Shown here piece by piece: positions 26,506 to 35,021 of a stretch of 54,975 nt of DNA; the stretch's first letter is position 1, and each line of letters begins with the position of its first letter. A program made the translations under genes and the position numbers. Below the pieces are notes generated by a model. That model saw nothing but the letters and a program-made list of their open reading frames with translations, was not told where the DNA came from and did no database searches. The stretch spans positions 1 through 54,975 of the forward strand of contig CAIKAA010000431.1 in assembly GCA_903825275.1 (NCBI GenBank), written 5' to 3'. Source of the DNA: an uncultured Fibrobacterota bacterium (GTDB lineage Bacteria; Fibrobacterota; Fibrobacteria; UBA5070).

Positions 26506-26921
26506 CGCTTGGAATTTCCTTCCACGGGTTTGGCTTCCAAAATCGCGTTCAACACATCGGCCAGATCATCGTCGGACAAGCGTTCCAGCGGACAGCGGAA
26601 CACCAACAGCGACAATTGGGTTTGGAGCCAGAAATGGGCGACCATCATGAATTCGTCGGTTTGGGTTTCGCCAAAGCTTCGCAACACGCAGAGTCGGTTG
26701 GGAAGTTCTTCCATCCGGATTTGCTGGGAGTTCATTCGATGGGCTTCGCACCACGATTCGTGGGCTTCCACGGCAATTTCCGGGGTGATTTCGGTTTCCG
26801 AGCGAAGCACGTCGGAAACCGTCAGATGACCTCCGTGGGGAGAGGTCCAAATCCCTTCCCCCACCGCATCCCATTCCTCGGGAATCGAAAGCCGAAGCCA
26901 TCCGCGATTCGAAGTGGTCAT
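26502..26921 (-). CDS. Hypothetical protein (139 aa)
   Basis: ATG 26921 overlaps the ruvX stop, and its own stop overlaps the nadE ATG. Sequence MTTSNRGWLRLSIPEEWDAV... has no recognised motif. Confidence 0.5.
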   Translation of the reverse strand: MTTSNRGWLRLSIPEEWDAVGEGIWTSPHGGHLTVSDVLRSETEITPEIAVEAHESWCEAHRMNSQQIRMEELPNRLCVLRSFGETQTDEFMMVAHFWLQTQLSLLVFRCPLERLSDDDLADVLNAILEAKPVEGNSKR

Positions 26922-27376
26922 GAGGGCACCTCCCTCGTGCGCTTGTCCAGAAAGTCCTGCAACAGCACCTTGGCGGCCGCTTTGTCGACCAGCGCCTTGG
27001 AGTCCTTGCCAGGACGCCATCCTGCCGCCTTTAGGTCTTGTTCGGCGGCGAAGCTGGTGAACCGCTCGTCCTCGAAATGGATGGGAATTCGGATCTTGGC
27101 TTGCAATCGTTCGGCGAACGCGCGCACCGCCACCGCGGTTTCGGACTCCTGGTCGTTGTCGGAACGCAGCGGCAGTCCCAAAACGATGTTTTCCACATAC
27201 TCGTCATCGCAGATCCGCACGATCTCGACGACCGGATCCAAACGCGCGACATCGATCGTGCTGTATCCAAAGGCGGTGCGTCCCTCCAGATCGGAGAGGG
27301 AAAGTCCTACTCGGCGTCCACCCCAGTCAATCCCCAGCCATCTTGCCACGTTCGTCCCTCTGCCTCGCGTATTCAT
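26918..27376 (-). CDS. ruvX: Holliday-junction resolvase-like nuclease RuvX/YqgF
   Basis: WLGIDWGGRRVGLSLSD, VLGLPL and ERFTS motifs. The start could instead be GTG 27349. Either start overlaps the upstream gene by 23-50 nt. Confidence 0.85.
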   Translation of the reverse strand: MNTRGRGTNVARWLGIDWGGRRVGLSLSDLEGRTAFGYSTIDVARLDPVVEIVRICDDEYVENIVLGLPLRSDNDQESETAVAVRAFAERLQAKIRIPIHFEDERFTSFAAEQDLKAAGWRPGKDSKALVDKAAAKVLLQDFLDKRTREVPS

Positions 27377-28181
27377 GCAAAAGAAACATTGTGGGTTCCT
27401 TTATGGAGGTTTTTGGTGGATCCACCTCGGCCACGAACGAAAATTGTCCTTCACCCAGATCGAGCATGGCGTGCAAGGCTTTGATCCCTTCAATCCCCGC
27501 GACCACGGCGTGGCGGATCTCGCCGCGCTTGATCCACAGCCATCCAGAAAGGCCACGGTAGGAAATTTCCATGCGCCCCGTTCGGCGGGTGTTGGTTTGG
27601 AAGTACAAGAGTTCCAGCAAGGTTCCCGGGGCCAGGGGACCTTGGACCTCGGCCTTCCGAGATAGCTGCTGGGGAGTGGGAGCCGACCGCACCAGCATCT
27701 CGGCCTTTTCCAGAATCACCTTGGTTTTCCCGGCGCCGGCAATCCAAGCTCGCATGGGAACAACAGAACGAGGACCTTGGCGGGAGTTCAAGTACAGGAT
27801 GGGAGTCGAGGCAACCTTGGTGTCGGTGGCTTCCAGCCGGGTCAGCTCATTTCCATGAATGCCCTGATCCACCACCAGAAGCGATGGATGGAATCCGGTC
27901 AAAAATTCGCTGAGGGTGGCGTGGGGAGGGAGCAATTGCACATCCCAATCCTTGGTTCGGAAGGCTTGCAAAATCGAATCGGTGCGACTTCCCGGCTCCA
28001 GAGCAACCAAAACCCAGCGATCACGGACCTCTCCTTGGGCCTCTCGCTTGATCGTGAAGAGGATCACGAGCACCAAGATCGCCAAGCCAATCCCCGCTCC
28101 CACAAAAATATCGCTTTGCTCCACACGATGGGTTTGAGCGAACCGAAGGATTTCCTCCCAATAGAGATGGAAATCGACCAT
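27327..28181 (-). CDS. Membrane-anchored DUF4388-domain protein
   Basis: N-terminal TM helix (FVGAGIGLAILVLVILF). C-terminal GTLLELLYFQTNTRRTGRMEISYRGLSGWLWIKRGEIRHAVVAGIEGIKALHAMLDLGEGQFSF matches the DUF4388 pattern as I remember it. Confidence 0.6.
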   Translation of the reverse strand: MVDFHLYWEEILRFAQTHRVEQSDIFVGAGIGLAILVLVILFTIKREAQGEVRDRWVLVALEPGSRTDSILQAFRTKDWDVQLLPPHATLSEFLTGFHPSLLVVDQGIHGNELTRLEATDTKVASTPILYLNSRQGPRSVVPMRAWIAGAGKTKVILEKAEMLVRSAPTPQQLSRKAEVQGPLAPGTLLELLYFQTNTRRTGRMEISYRGLSGWLWIKRGEIRHAVVAGIEGIKALHAMLDLGEGQFSFVAEVDPPKTSIKEPTMFLLHEYARQRDERGKMAGD

Positions 28182-28182
28182 T

Positions 28183-28776
28183 TTAGGCGATTGGCTTCGG
28201 TTTGGCGAGCTGGAGTTGGTTCAAAATATCTTGGTAAACGACCTCCACCGACTTGGTCGCATCGACTCGGCGCAACATGCCTTTTTCCTGGTAAAGCTCG
28301 ATCAGGGGCTTGGTCTTTTCGTGGTACTCCTGGAGCCGCACGCGCAGAATTTCCGGGGTATCGTCTAGGCGCTTGGTAAATGTCTGTCCGCCGGAAGCGG
28401 TGGCCGCCCGCAACATGACCCGTTCCTCGACCACCTGGTCGGGAACATCCAAGTAGATCACCGCGTCCAGGTTCCAGTTCTCGAACAAGAATTCGGCTTG
28501 GGGTCGGGTGCGCGGAAAGCCATCGACCACAAAGCCATAATTCCAATCGTGTTCCTCCAACCGGTCGTGAACCACTTCTTCCACGATTTCGTCGGGGACC
28601 AGCAGACCTTGGTTCATGATCCGAGTGATTCGGGCCGCCAATTTGGTGTGGTTGGCCATGTGCCAGCGGAAAATGTCGCCCAAGCTGATGTGAACGAAGC
28701 CGTAGTTTTTGCACAGCAGTTCGCTTTGGGTCCCTTTGCCCGAGCCTTGAGGGCCAAAAATGACGTATTTGTACAT
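28183..28776 (-). CDS. adk: Adenylate kinase
   Basis: P-loop GPQGSGKGTQ and VVDGFPRT. 197 aa. Confidence 0.9.
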   Translation of the reverse strand: MYKYVIFGPQGSGKGTQSELLCKNYGFVHISLGDIFRWHMANHTKLAARITRIMNQGLLVPDEIVEEVVHDRLEEHDWNYGFVVDGFPRTRPQAEFLFENWNLDAVIYLDVPDQVVEERVMLRAATASGGQTFTKRLDDTPEILRVRLQEYHEKTKPLIELYQEKGMLRRVDATKSVEVVYQDILNQLQLAKPKPIA

Positions 28777-28949
28777 CTACACATTTTAATACCCTGGACC
28801 CGGCAAGTGGAGGATAGGAAAAAACAACCGTGAAAAAAGTCCCTGAGAATGATAGAGTGAACGTGGTCCTTGGCACCTCCTCGATGCTTGAGTGGCCGGG
28901 AAGGAGGGAGCGGAGCGCAACCGTTCCTTTCCTATTTTCCTCCCACAAC

Positions 28950-29906
28950 ATGATCACAAAGCCCATCACCCAGATCACTTGGCTTGGCATTCTGGCTCTG
29001 ACTGCGTCCTTTGGCTTGACGTTCCTCGCGGGATGCAAAGAAGTGGGTACGACCACCACGAAGCCCTCCAACGACAGCCTCGCTGCCCGTGGAACCAAAC
29101 CAAAATCCGTTGCCCAAGACACAATCCAGGTGGTGGCCGCAACCTACCCCGTGGCATGGCTCGGCTGCGCCGTGGTGGGGAACCCTTGTCGCAGCGTGGC
29201 CTTGGTCCCTCCCGGCGCGTCAGCCCATTCTTGGGAGCCTCGGCCATCCGATTTGCAAAAGCTCGAACACGCCTCCTTTTTTATCCAGGCTGGCCTGGCC
29301 TTCGAAGAAGCCTGGATCCCGCGGTTTTGTGCCAGCATTCCCCAACTTATGGTGGTGGATGCCCGATCGGGCCTGGATCTTCCCTCGGTGGAACCCGGTC
29401 ACCCAGGCCATGCTTCCGAAGAATCCGACCCCCACGTCTGGTCCTCGCCTCGCGCCATGGACCATTTGGCCAAAATCTTCGCCGATCATTTGCTCCAAGT
29501 CCGGCCCGCGCTTGAACCCCGGGTGACCGAAAATCTTCCCCGGCTCCACAAAAAACTGTTGGATTTGGACACGGCCGTGCGCGTTCTTTTGGCACCGTTT
29601 AGCGGGAAGACCTTTTTGGTGAACCATCCCGGACTGGGGTATTTGGCTCGAGATTATGGGTTGACCCAAAAACCTTTGGAATCGCATGGACAGGAATTGA
29701 CTCCTTTCCAATTGTTCGACATCCGGCGCACCGCCAAGTCCCAAGGCATTCGGGCGATTTTTATCCAAAACGAATACTCGCGGCGTACCGCCGACCAAGT
29801 CGCCAAAGAGCTTGGCGTGAGCACCGTGGACGTCGACCTGCTCGAGGAAGGCGCCTACGATTCCTTGTTCCTGCTTCGCGTCCGAACCATGGCGGAGAAG
29901 CTTTGA
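28950..29906 (+). CDS. znuA: Metal (Zn/Mn) ABC transporter substrate-binding lipoprotein, TroA/ZnuA cluster
   Basis: Start MITKPITQITWLGILALTASFGLTFLAGC (lipobox). Contains PGASAHSWEPRPSD, a short His/acidic loop HPGHASEESDPHVW, and NHPGLGYLARDYGL. Confidence 0.8.
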   Translation: MITKPITQITWLGILALTASFGLTFLAGCKEVGTTTTKPSNDSLAARGTKPKSVAQDTIQVVAATYPVAWLGCAVVGNPCRSVALVPPGASAHSWEPRPSDLQKLEHASFFIQAGLAFEEAWIPRFCASIPQLMVVDARSGLDLPSVEPGHPGHASEESDPHVWSSPRAMDHLAKIFADHLLQVRPALEPRVTENLPRLHKKLLDLDTAVRVLLAPFSGKTFLVNHPGLGYLARDYGLTQKPLESHGQELTPFQLFDIRRTAKSQGIRAIFIQNEYSRRTADQVAKELGVSTVDVDLLEEGAYDSLFLLRVRTMAEKL

Positions 29907-30697
29907 ACTCGGCTTTTCGGATCCAACAAGTCACGGTGGGTTACCGTGGGCATGTGGTGTTGCATCATGTGGATCTGGACTTTCCGCGAGGGGGCATCTT
30001 GGGGCTGATCGGTCCCAATGGAGCTGGAAAAAGCACCGTGTTGCGGCTTTTGTTGGGCTTGATCGCTCCCCAGGAAGGGCGAGTGGAAGTCTTGGGAACC
30101 TCGCCCACCTTGGCGCGTCCCAAAGTGGGATATGTCCCCCAAACCTTGTCGCTTTCCCGCGATTTGCCCGGAACCTTGTTGGACTTGGTGCTTTCAGGAT
30201 TTTTGGGATTGCAGCCCCCCGGTGGCTCGCCTTCCCGCGAGGAATACGATCGCTCGCGGGAGTGGATGGGCCTGGTGGGAATCGACCATTTGGAACGACG
30301 GAAATTGTCCGAACTTTCCGGCGGCCAGCTCCAATTGGGACTGGTGGCCCGAGCTTTGGTGCGCCAACCCGATCTGTTGTTGTTGGATGAGCCGACTGCC
30401 AACGCCGATGCCCGCGCCCAAGGCGCCGTGTTCGCGCTGTTGGACGAGATTTGCCGCGACCGCACGGCGGTGGTGGTCAGCCACGACATCGGGGTCCTTT
30501 CCCGGAACGTGGGCTCGATCGCCTGCGTGGGTGCGGGAAAAATCGTTTCCCATGGCTCGACCGAAGTTCCCCAGGAAGTGATCGAAGAAGCCTATGGATG
30601 CCCTGTGGAACTGATCGGCCATGGCCACCCGCACCGGATTTTGGCCCACCACCATCCCCACGACGATTCCGGTCATCGACACGGAGGGGTCTCATGA
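29903..30697 (+). CDS. znuC: Metal ABC transporter ATP-binding protein with His-rich C-terminal tail
   Basis: Walker A GPNGAGKST, signature LSGGQLQ, Walker B LLLDEPT. Tail GHGHPHRILAHHHPHDDSGHRHGG. TTG start overlaps the znuA stop. Confidence 0.85.
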   Translation: MNSAFRIQQVTVGYRGHVVLHHVDLDFPRGGILGLIGPNGAGKSTVLRLLLGLIAPQEGRVEVLGTSPTLARPKVGYVPQTLSLSRDLPGTLLDLVLSGFLGLQPPGGSPSREEYDRSREWMGLVGIDHLERRKLSELSGGQLQLGLVARALVRQPDLLLLDEPTANADARAQGAVFALLDEICRDRTAVVVSHDIGVLSRNVGSIACVGAGKIVSHGSTEVPQEVIEEAYGCPVELIGHGHPHRILAHHHPHDDSGHRHGGVS

Positions 30698-31473
30698 GCT
30701 TGCTTTTGCTGCCGCTGATCGCGGTGTTGCTGGCTTCGATCACGGCAGGAATCGTGGGAACCTTGGCCGTGTCCCACCGGATGGTTTCGCTGGGGGGCGG
30801 TTTGGCGCACGCGGCCTATGGTGGCGTGGGTTTGGCCTTTCTGTTGGGTTGGGCTCCCCTTCCTGTCGCCGTGGTGTTCACCTTGGGCATCGCCTTGTTG
30901 ATGGCCTTTTTGATCGAGCGAAGTCCCGAGCGTTCCGACACCTTGATCGGGGTGGTTTGGGCGATGGGCATGGCGTTTGGAATTTTGTGCATCGACTTTT
31001 CGCGCAATTACGCGGGCGATTTGATGGCGGTCTTGTTTGGAAGTTTGTTGGCCATTCCCCGCCAAGATTTGGTGGCTCTGGGTGTATTGGATGCCGTGAT
31101 CGCCTTGTGCGCCTGGAGATTTCGGCGCGAACTGTTGGCGATGGCGGTGGATCCCGAATTCGCCGAGGTAGCGGGGTTTCCGGTGCGAGCTTTCCGGATC
31201 GGGTTGTTGTCGGTCCTTTCTCTTTCCGTCGTGCTTTTGATGCGGGTGACGGGACTTGTCTTGTTGGTCGCTTTTCTCTCCATTCCCGGAGCCTTGGCCG
31301 TTCGCTGGTCGAGATCGCTGGGTCGGGCCATTTGGATGGCGATTGGGTTGTCGCTGGCCTTTGGATTGGCTGGCCTCGCGATTTCCTGGACCTTTGATTT
31401 GTCCACTGGCGCTTGCATCATCGCGGTTGCGGGAACCACCTACTTGGCTGTGACCTTGAGGAATCATTCGTGA
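30694..31473 (+). CDS. znuB: Metal ABC transporter permease (ZnuB/TroCD family)
   Basis: MSLLLLPLIAVLLASITAGIVGTLAVSHRMVSLGGGLAHAAYGGVG... Polytopic. The ATG overlaps the znuC stop. Confidence 0.85.
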   Translation: MSLLLLPLIAVLLASITAGIVGTLAVSHRMVSLGGGLAHAAYGGVGLAFLLGWAPLPVAVVFTLGIALLMAFLIERSPERSDTLIGVVWAMGMAFGILCIDFSRNYAGDLMAVLFGSLLAIPRQDLVALGVLDAVIALCAWRFRRELLAMAVDPEFAEVAGFPVRAFRIGLLSVLSLSVVLLMRVTGLVLLVAFLSIPGALAVRWSRSLGRAIWMAIGLSLAFGLAGLAISWTFDLSTGACIIAVAGTTYLAVTLRNHS

Positions 31474-32570
31474 TTCCCTTCTTCGACCTCTCGCGCCAGC
31501 ACCAGCTTCTTGGCCAAGAACTGACGGGACCGGTTTCTCAAATTTTGCTTTCTGGATCCTGCGTTTTGGGTCCCGAAGTCCAAGCTCTGGAATTTGAAAT
31601 CGCCAAGGCTTGTGGAACCCGTCACGCCTTTGGGGTTTCCAATGGCACCGATGCCTTGGTCTTGGCCCTCACGGCCTGTGGAATCGGCCCGGGCGACGAG
31701 GTGGTCACCACGCCGTTCACGTTTCTTTCCACCGCATCGGCCATCAGCCGGGTCGGTGCCGTGCCGGTTTTCGCCGACATCGACCCCGACTCCCTGAATC
31801 TCGATGTCAAGGCCGCCGAGGCGGTTTGTGGCCGTCGGGCCAAAGCGATTCTTCCGGTCCACCTGTTTGGTCTTCCCTGCGATTTGGGCGCTTTCTCGGA
31901 ACTTGCCAAGTCAAAAAGTGTCCGCTTGATCGAAGACATGGCCCAGGCTTTTGGGGCCTCGTGGAAAGGAAATCCGGTCGGTTCCTGGGGCGACATCGGA
32001 TGCATTTCGTTTTATCCAACCAAGGTGATCGGTGCTGCGGGCGATGCCGGCGCGGTGGTGGCCAGCGACCTTGAAATCGCCTCGCACCTCCAACGTTTGC
32101 GGGTCCACGGCACGGGTGCCGATGGGTTGCATCGCGACGTGGGCGGCAATTTCCGGATCGACTCGGTGCAGGCCGCGGTGTTGCGCGCCAAACTGCCCCA
32201 TCTGCATGAATGGCTCGAAACGCGTCGGCGCCATTCGCTGGCGTACCTAAACGGCTTGGCGGGAACGGATTTCGTTCTTCCCTCCGATGCCGATGGTCGG
32301 GTTTGGAGCCACTTTTGCCTCCGCCATCCCCAGCGAGACGATGTGCGTCAATACCTTCTGTCCAAGGAAATCTCCACCGCCGTCTATTACTCGGTTCCGC
32401 TGCACCTGCAGCCGTGTTTCGCGGATCTGGGTTACCGATCCGGCGATTTTCCGGTCGCCGAAGCTGCTTCCCGCGAAATCTTGGCCTTGCCTCTATTCCC
32501 CGAGCTTCTCGATGAGGAACGCGATCAAGTGATCGAGGCGCTTTTGGAGTTCGACCGAGGTTCGACATGA
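31470..32570 (+). CDS. DegT/DnrJ/EryC1/StrS-family sugar aminotransferase
   Basis: GTG start (VIPFFDLSRQH) overlaps the znuB stop. Contains FGVSNGTDALVLAL and the PLP-lysine region SFYPTKVIGAAGDAGAV. Confidence 0.85.
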   Translation: MIPFFDLSRQHQLLGQELTGPVSQILLSGSCVLGPEVQALEFEIAKACGTRHAFGVSNGTDALVLALTACGIGPGDEVVTTPFTFLSTASAISRVGAVPVFADIDPDSLNLDVKAAEAVCGRRAKAILPVHLFGLPCDLGAFSELAKSKSVRLIEDMAQAFGASWKGNPVGSWGDIGCISFYPTKVIGAAGDAGAVVASDLEIASHLQRLRVHGTGADGLHRDVGGNFRIDSVQAAVLRAKLPHLHEWLETRRRHSLAYLNGLAGTDFVLPSDADGRVWSHFCLRHPQRDDVRQYLLSKEISTAVYYSVPLHLQPCFADLGYRSGDFPVAEAASREILALPLFPELLDEERDQVIEALLEFDRGST

Positions 32571-34126
32571 TCGTCCAATCCAGTTCAACGTGTCGCGCTG
32601 CGGAAACGCACGCCATGGAAACGTTTGGGTTGGAAGAAGACGTTTTGATGGAGCGTGCCTCGCTGGGCGCTTGGAAGATTTTTCGCCATTTGTTTCCCGA
32701 ATCGAGGCGATTCGCGGTGGTTTGCGGAAAAGGCTCCAACGGCGGAGACGGACTCGCCCTGGCACGCCACGCCGCAAACGACGGAATTTGTCCTGTCGTT
32801 GTTTTGGTCGATCCACAAATCGACCCTTCCAGCGCCTGCGGTCGGCAACTCGACCTTTTGCGAAAGCTCGGGATCGAACCCGTGACATGGCAGGTTTTTC
32901 GACAGTCTGAAGATGTCTCCGGTTCCGGCTTAATGCCTGGGGTCGACGCTCTATTCGGGACGGGTCTGCGTCGAGCTTTGGAAGGCGAGGCGTTGGAAGC
33001 CGCCTGTTGGCTTTCTCATCGACCCACTTTGGCCCTCGATTTGCCCTCGGGGCTCGATGGTTCCACGGGTCGGCCGCTTGGAGCATGCGTGAAAGCGGTG
33101 GCGACGGCGACGTTCGGTCGGGCCAAACCTGGATTGTTCCTTCATCCCGGTCGCGATTTCGCGGGAGAAGTGCAGGTGGTCGACCTAGGAATTCCCGAGG
33201 AATCTTGGGGATTGGCTGGTGAGCCGATCCAACTACTCGACCAGGACTGGGCCACGGGACGAGTGGCACCGCGGTCGCGAGGTGCCCACAAAGGCGATGC
33301 GGGACGCGGCTTTTTGTTGTGTGGAAGCGACGATTATTTTGGAGCTGCGGTCTTGGCGAGTTCGGCGGCGCTGCGATCGGGGATCGGTTTGATCCATGTT
33401 GGATCGACGCCTTTTGTGGCCACGCGGTTGGCCCAAATCGTTCCCGAAGTGATGGGCATGGTGGCCGTGGGTGGCGAAGCGAGCCGATCGATTGTGTCCA
33501 AGCAAATCGAAGCTGCCGATGCCCTTTTGGCGGGACCGGGCCTGGGACAGTCGCCTCAGGCGCTCGATGCCTTGAAAGGATTGTTCAAACACCTGAATTC
33601 CCCCTTGGTCTTGGATGCCGATGGTTTGAATTTGTGCGCCACCCATCCCGATCTGCAATATGAATTGGTCCGCGTTTCCAAAAGCCACGGCGCCGTCCTC
33701 ACGCCCCATCCCAAAGAAGCGGCGCGTCTGATGGAGTCCACCGTGGAGGCCTTGCTCGCCGATCCCCTCCAAGCCGCGAAATCCATCGCCGCGCGGTTCG
33801 GGGCGGTGGTGGTGTTCAAGCTAGCGACTCCGGTGATCGCTTCCCCCCAAGGCCAGGTCGCCATTGGAATTGCGGGGCACTGGGGAATGGCCGTCGGAGG
33901 TTGCGGCGATGCTTTGGCCGGAGCCGTTGTGGCGCGTTTGGCCGAAGGGGTTTCGCCCTTTGAGGCGGCTTGCCAAGCGGTGCGAGCCCATGCCCGCGCC
34001 GGAGACCTGGCCGGTCGACGCGGACGAAGGGGAATGTCCGTCACGGACCTCATCGCCTCTTTGCCGGAAGCTTGGGAGGAGATGGAACAGGATTCGTTGA
34101 GATCTGGGGCCGAATTAACCTTGTAA
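32567..34126 (+). CDS. nnr: Bifunctional NAD(P)H-hydrate repair enzyme (epimerase + ADP-dependent dehydratase)
   Basis: YjeF_N motif GKGSNGGDGLALARH and a C-terminal kinase-fold HKGDAGRG ... GAAVLAS ... GGCGDALAG. Confidence 0.85.
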   Translation: MIVQSSSTCRAAETHAMETFGLEEDVLMERASLGAWKIFRHLFPESRRFAVVCGKGSNGGDGLALARHAANDGICPVVVLVDPQIDPSSACGRQLDLLRKLGIEPVTWQVFRQSEDVSGSGLMPGVDALFGTGLRRALEGEALEAACWLSHRPTLALDLPSGLDGSTGRPLGACVKAVATATFGRAKPGLFLHPGRDFAGEVQVVDLGIPEESWGLAGEPIQLLDQDWATGRVAPRSRGAHKGDAGRGFLLCGSDDYFGAAVLASSAALRSGIGLIHVGSTPFVATRLAQIVPEVMGMVAVGGEASRSIVSKQIEAADALLAGPGLGQSPQALDALKGLFKHLNSPLVLDADGLNLCATHPDLQYELVRVSKSHGAVLTPHPKEAARLMESTVEALLADPLQAAKSIAARFGAVVVFKLATPVIASPQGQVAIGIAGHWGMAVGGCGDALAGAVVARLAEGVSPFEAACQAVRAHARAGDLAGRRGRRGMSVTDLIASLPEAWEEMEQDSLRSGAELTL

Positions 34127-34169
34127 TCACAGGGATAGCAACTGGAATGACAAGATTAATTCGCCTAGC

Positions 34170-34179
34170 GGGGGGGGGG
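34170..34179 (+). repeat. G10 homopolymer 28 nt upstream of the hydrolase ATG
   Basis: Direct read: gcctagc-GGGGGGGGGG-tattgg. A second G8 run sits inside the same gene at 34626-34633. Confidence 0.9.
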
Positions 34180-34206
34180 TATTGGACGCCTTTTTACATT
34201 CATGCC

Positions 34207-35007
34207 ATGCCCACCTTTCTAACCTCCGACGGAATTTGTCTCTCCTACCTGATCGAGGGGGAAGGCGCACCCTTGCTGTTGCTCAATGGCATGTTCGGCG
34301 ACCGGGCCTTCTGGGAGCCGGTGACCAAGCACTTGCGCGAACATCGCCAATGCATTCTTCTCGATCATCGCGGGATCGGAGAATCCGAGCGTTGGGTGGG
34401 TGCCTACTCCTACGAGCTCTATGCGCGCGATGCGGTGGAGCTGTTGGATCATCTGGGTCTGGCTTGCGCCCCCGTGGTCGGGCTTTGTCACGGAGGCATG
34501 GTGGGGGCGGTGATGGCGCTGCACCATCCAAATCGGATTTCCGGATTGGTCGCCCATGGGACGCGATTGCTGGAAAGCGCGAAGACTAGGGTCTATGACC
34601 GGTTTCGGCGACGCTTGTTGGATGTGGGGGGGGTGGGACTGATGATGAGCGCGCAAATGGGATTAATCTTTGGCGAATCAGCGATGCTGGAGGTCGAGCC
34701 TTATTTGGGAAAGATGGAAGACAACAGCTTCAATCGCCTGACCGCCGAATCCGCAGGCCCCATGCTGGATGCCTTGATCGAATTTTCAATGAGCCCACTC
34801 GACATCGCGAGAATGACCGTTCCGGCATTGTTTTTGGCTGGAGAAGAAGACCTGTACGTGCCGCCATGGCTGAGTGAACGAACCGCCCGGCTTTGGCCAG
34901 GCGCCGAGTTCGAGATCATGAAGAACATCGGGCACATCGTGCCGCGCGAAGCTCCCCAAGAGCTGGCCGACCGGACGCTGGAGTTTTTGAGGAAACAGGG
35001 CATCTGA
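34207..35007 (+). CDS. Alpha/beta-fold hydrolase with Cys at the nucleophile elbow
   Basis: MPTFLTSDGICLSYLIEGEGAPLLLLNGMFGDRAFWEP is a typical N-terminus. The elbow reads G-L-C-H-G-G (34480-34497) instead of G-x-S-x-G. C-terminal His in NIGHIVP. Alternative ATG 34147 would place the G10 tract in the coding sequence. Confidence 0.75.
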   Translation: MPTFLTSDGICLSYLIEGEGAPLLLLNGMFGDRAFWEPVTKHLREHRQCILLDHRGIGESERWVGAYSYELYARDAVELLDHLGLACAPVVGLCHGGMVGAVMALHHPNRISGLVAHGTRLLESAKTRVYDRFRRRLLDVGGVGLMMSAQMGLIFGESAMLEVEPYLGKMEDNSFNRLTAESAGPMLDALIEFSMSPLDIARMTVPALFLAGEEDLYVPPWLSERTARLWPGAEFEIMKNIGHIVPREAPQELADRTLEFLRKQGI

Positions 35008-35021
35008 GGAGGCATCACCCA

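Noticed and set aside
27298-27307. GGGAAAGTCC, resembling the RNase P RNA conserved GGAAAGUCCGGGC box.
   Set aside because: It lies inside the well-supported ruvX coding sequence (encoding the SLSD region on the opposite strand), and the flanking sequence does not continue the P4 consensus.
28845-28857. GAGAATGATAGAG upstream of znuA, matching 9/11 positions of the first half of the classical Fur box.
   Set aside because: It is only a half-site with no palindromic partner, about 95 nt from the start codon, and it does not resemble the palindrome at 445-476. That is too weak to call an operator.
33970-34146. The upstream extension of the hydrolase ORF (start 33970), and similar long N-terminal extensions at 561, 1592, 4441, 28830, 30451, 31413, 48272, 49674 and 50147.
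   Set aside because: The extensions overlap the preceding well-supported gene in another frame and are compositionally junk. Internal starts give canonical N-termini or signal peptides, often with a 4-nt overlap.
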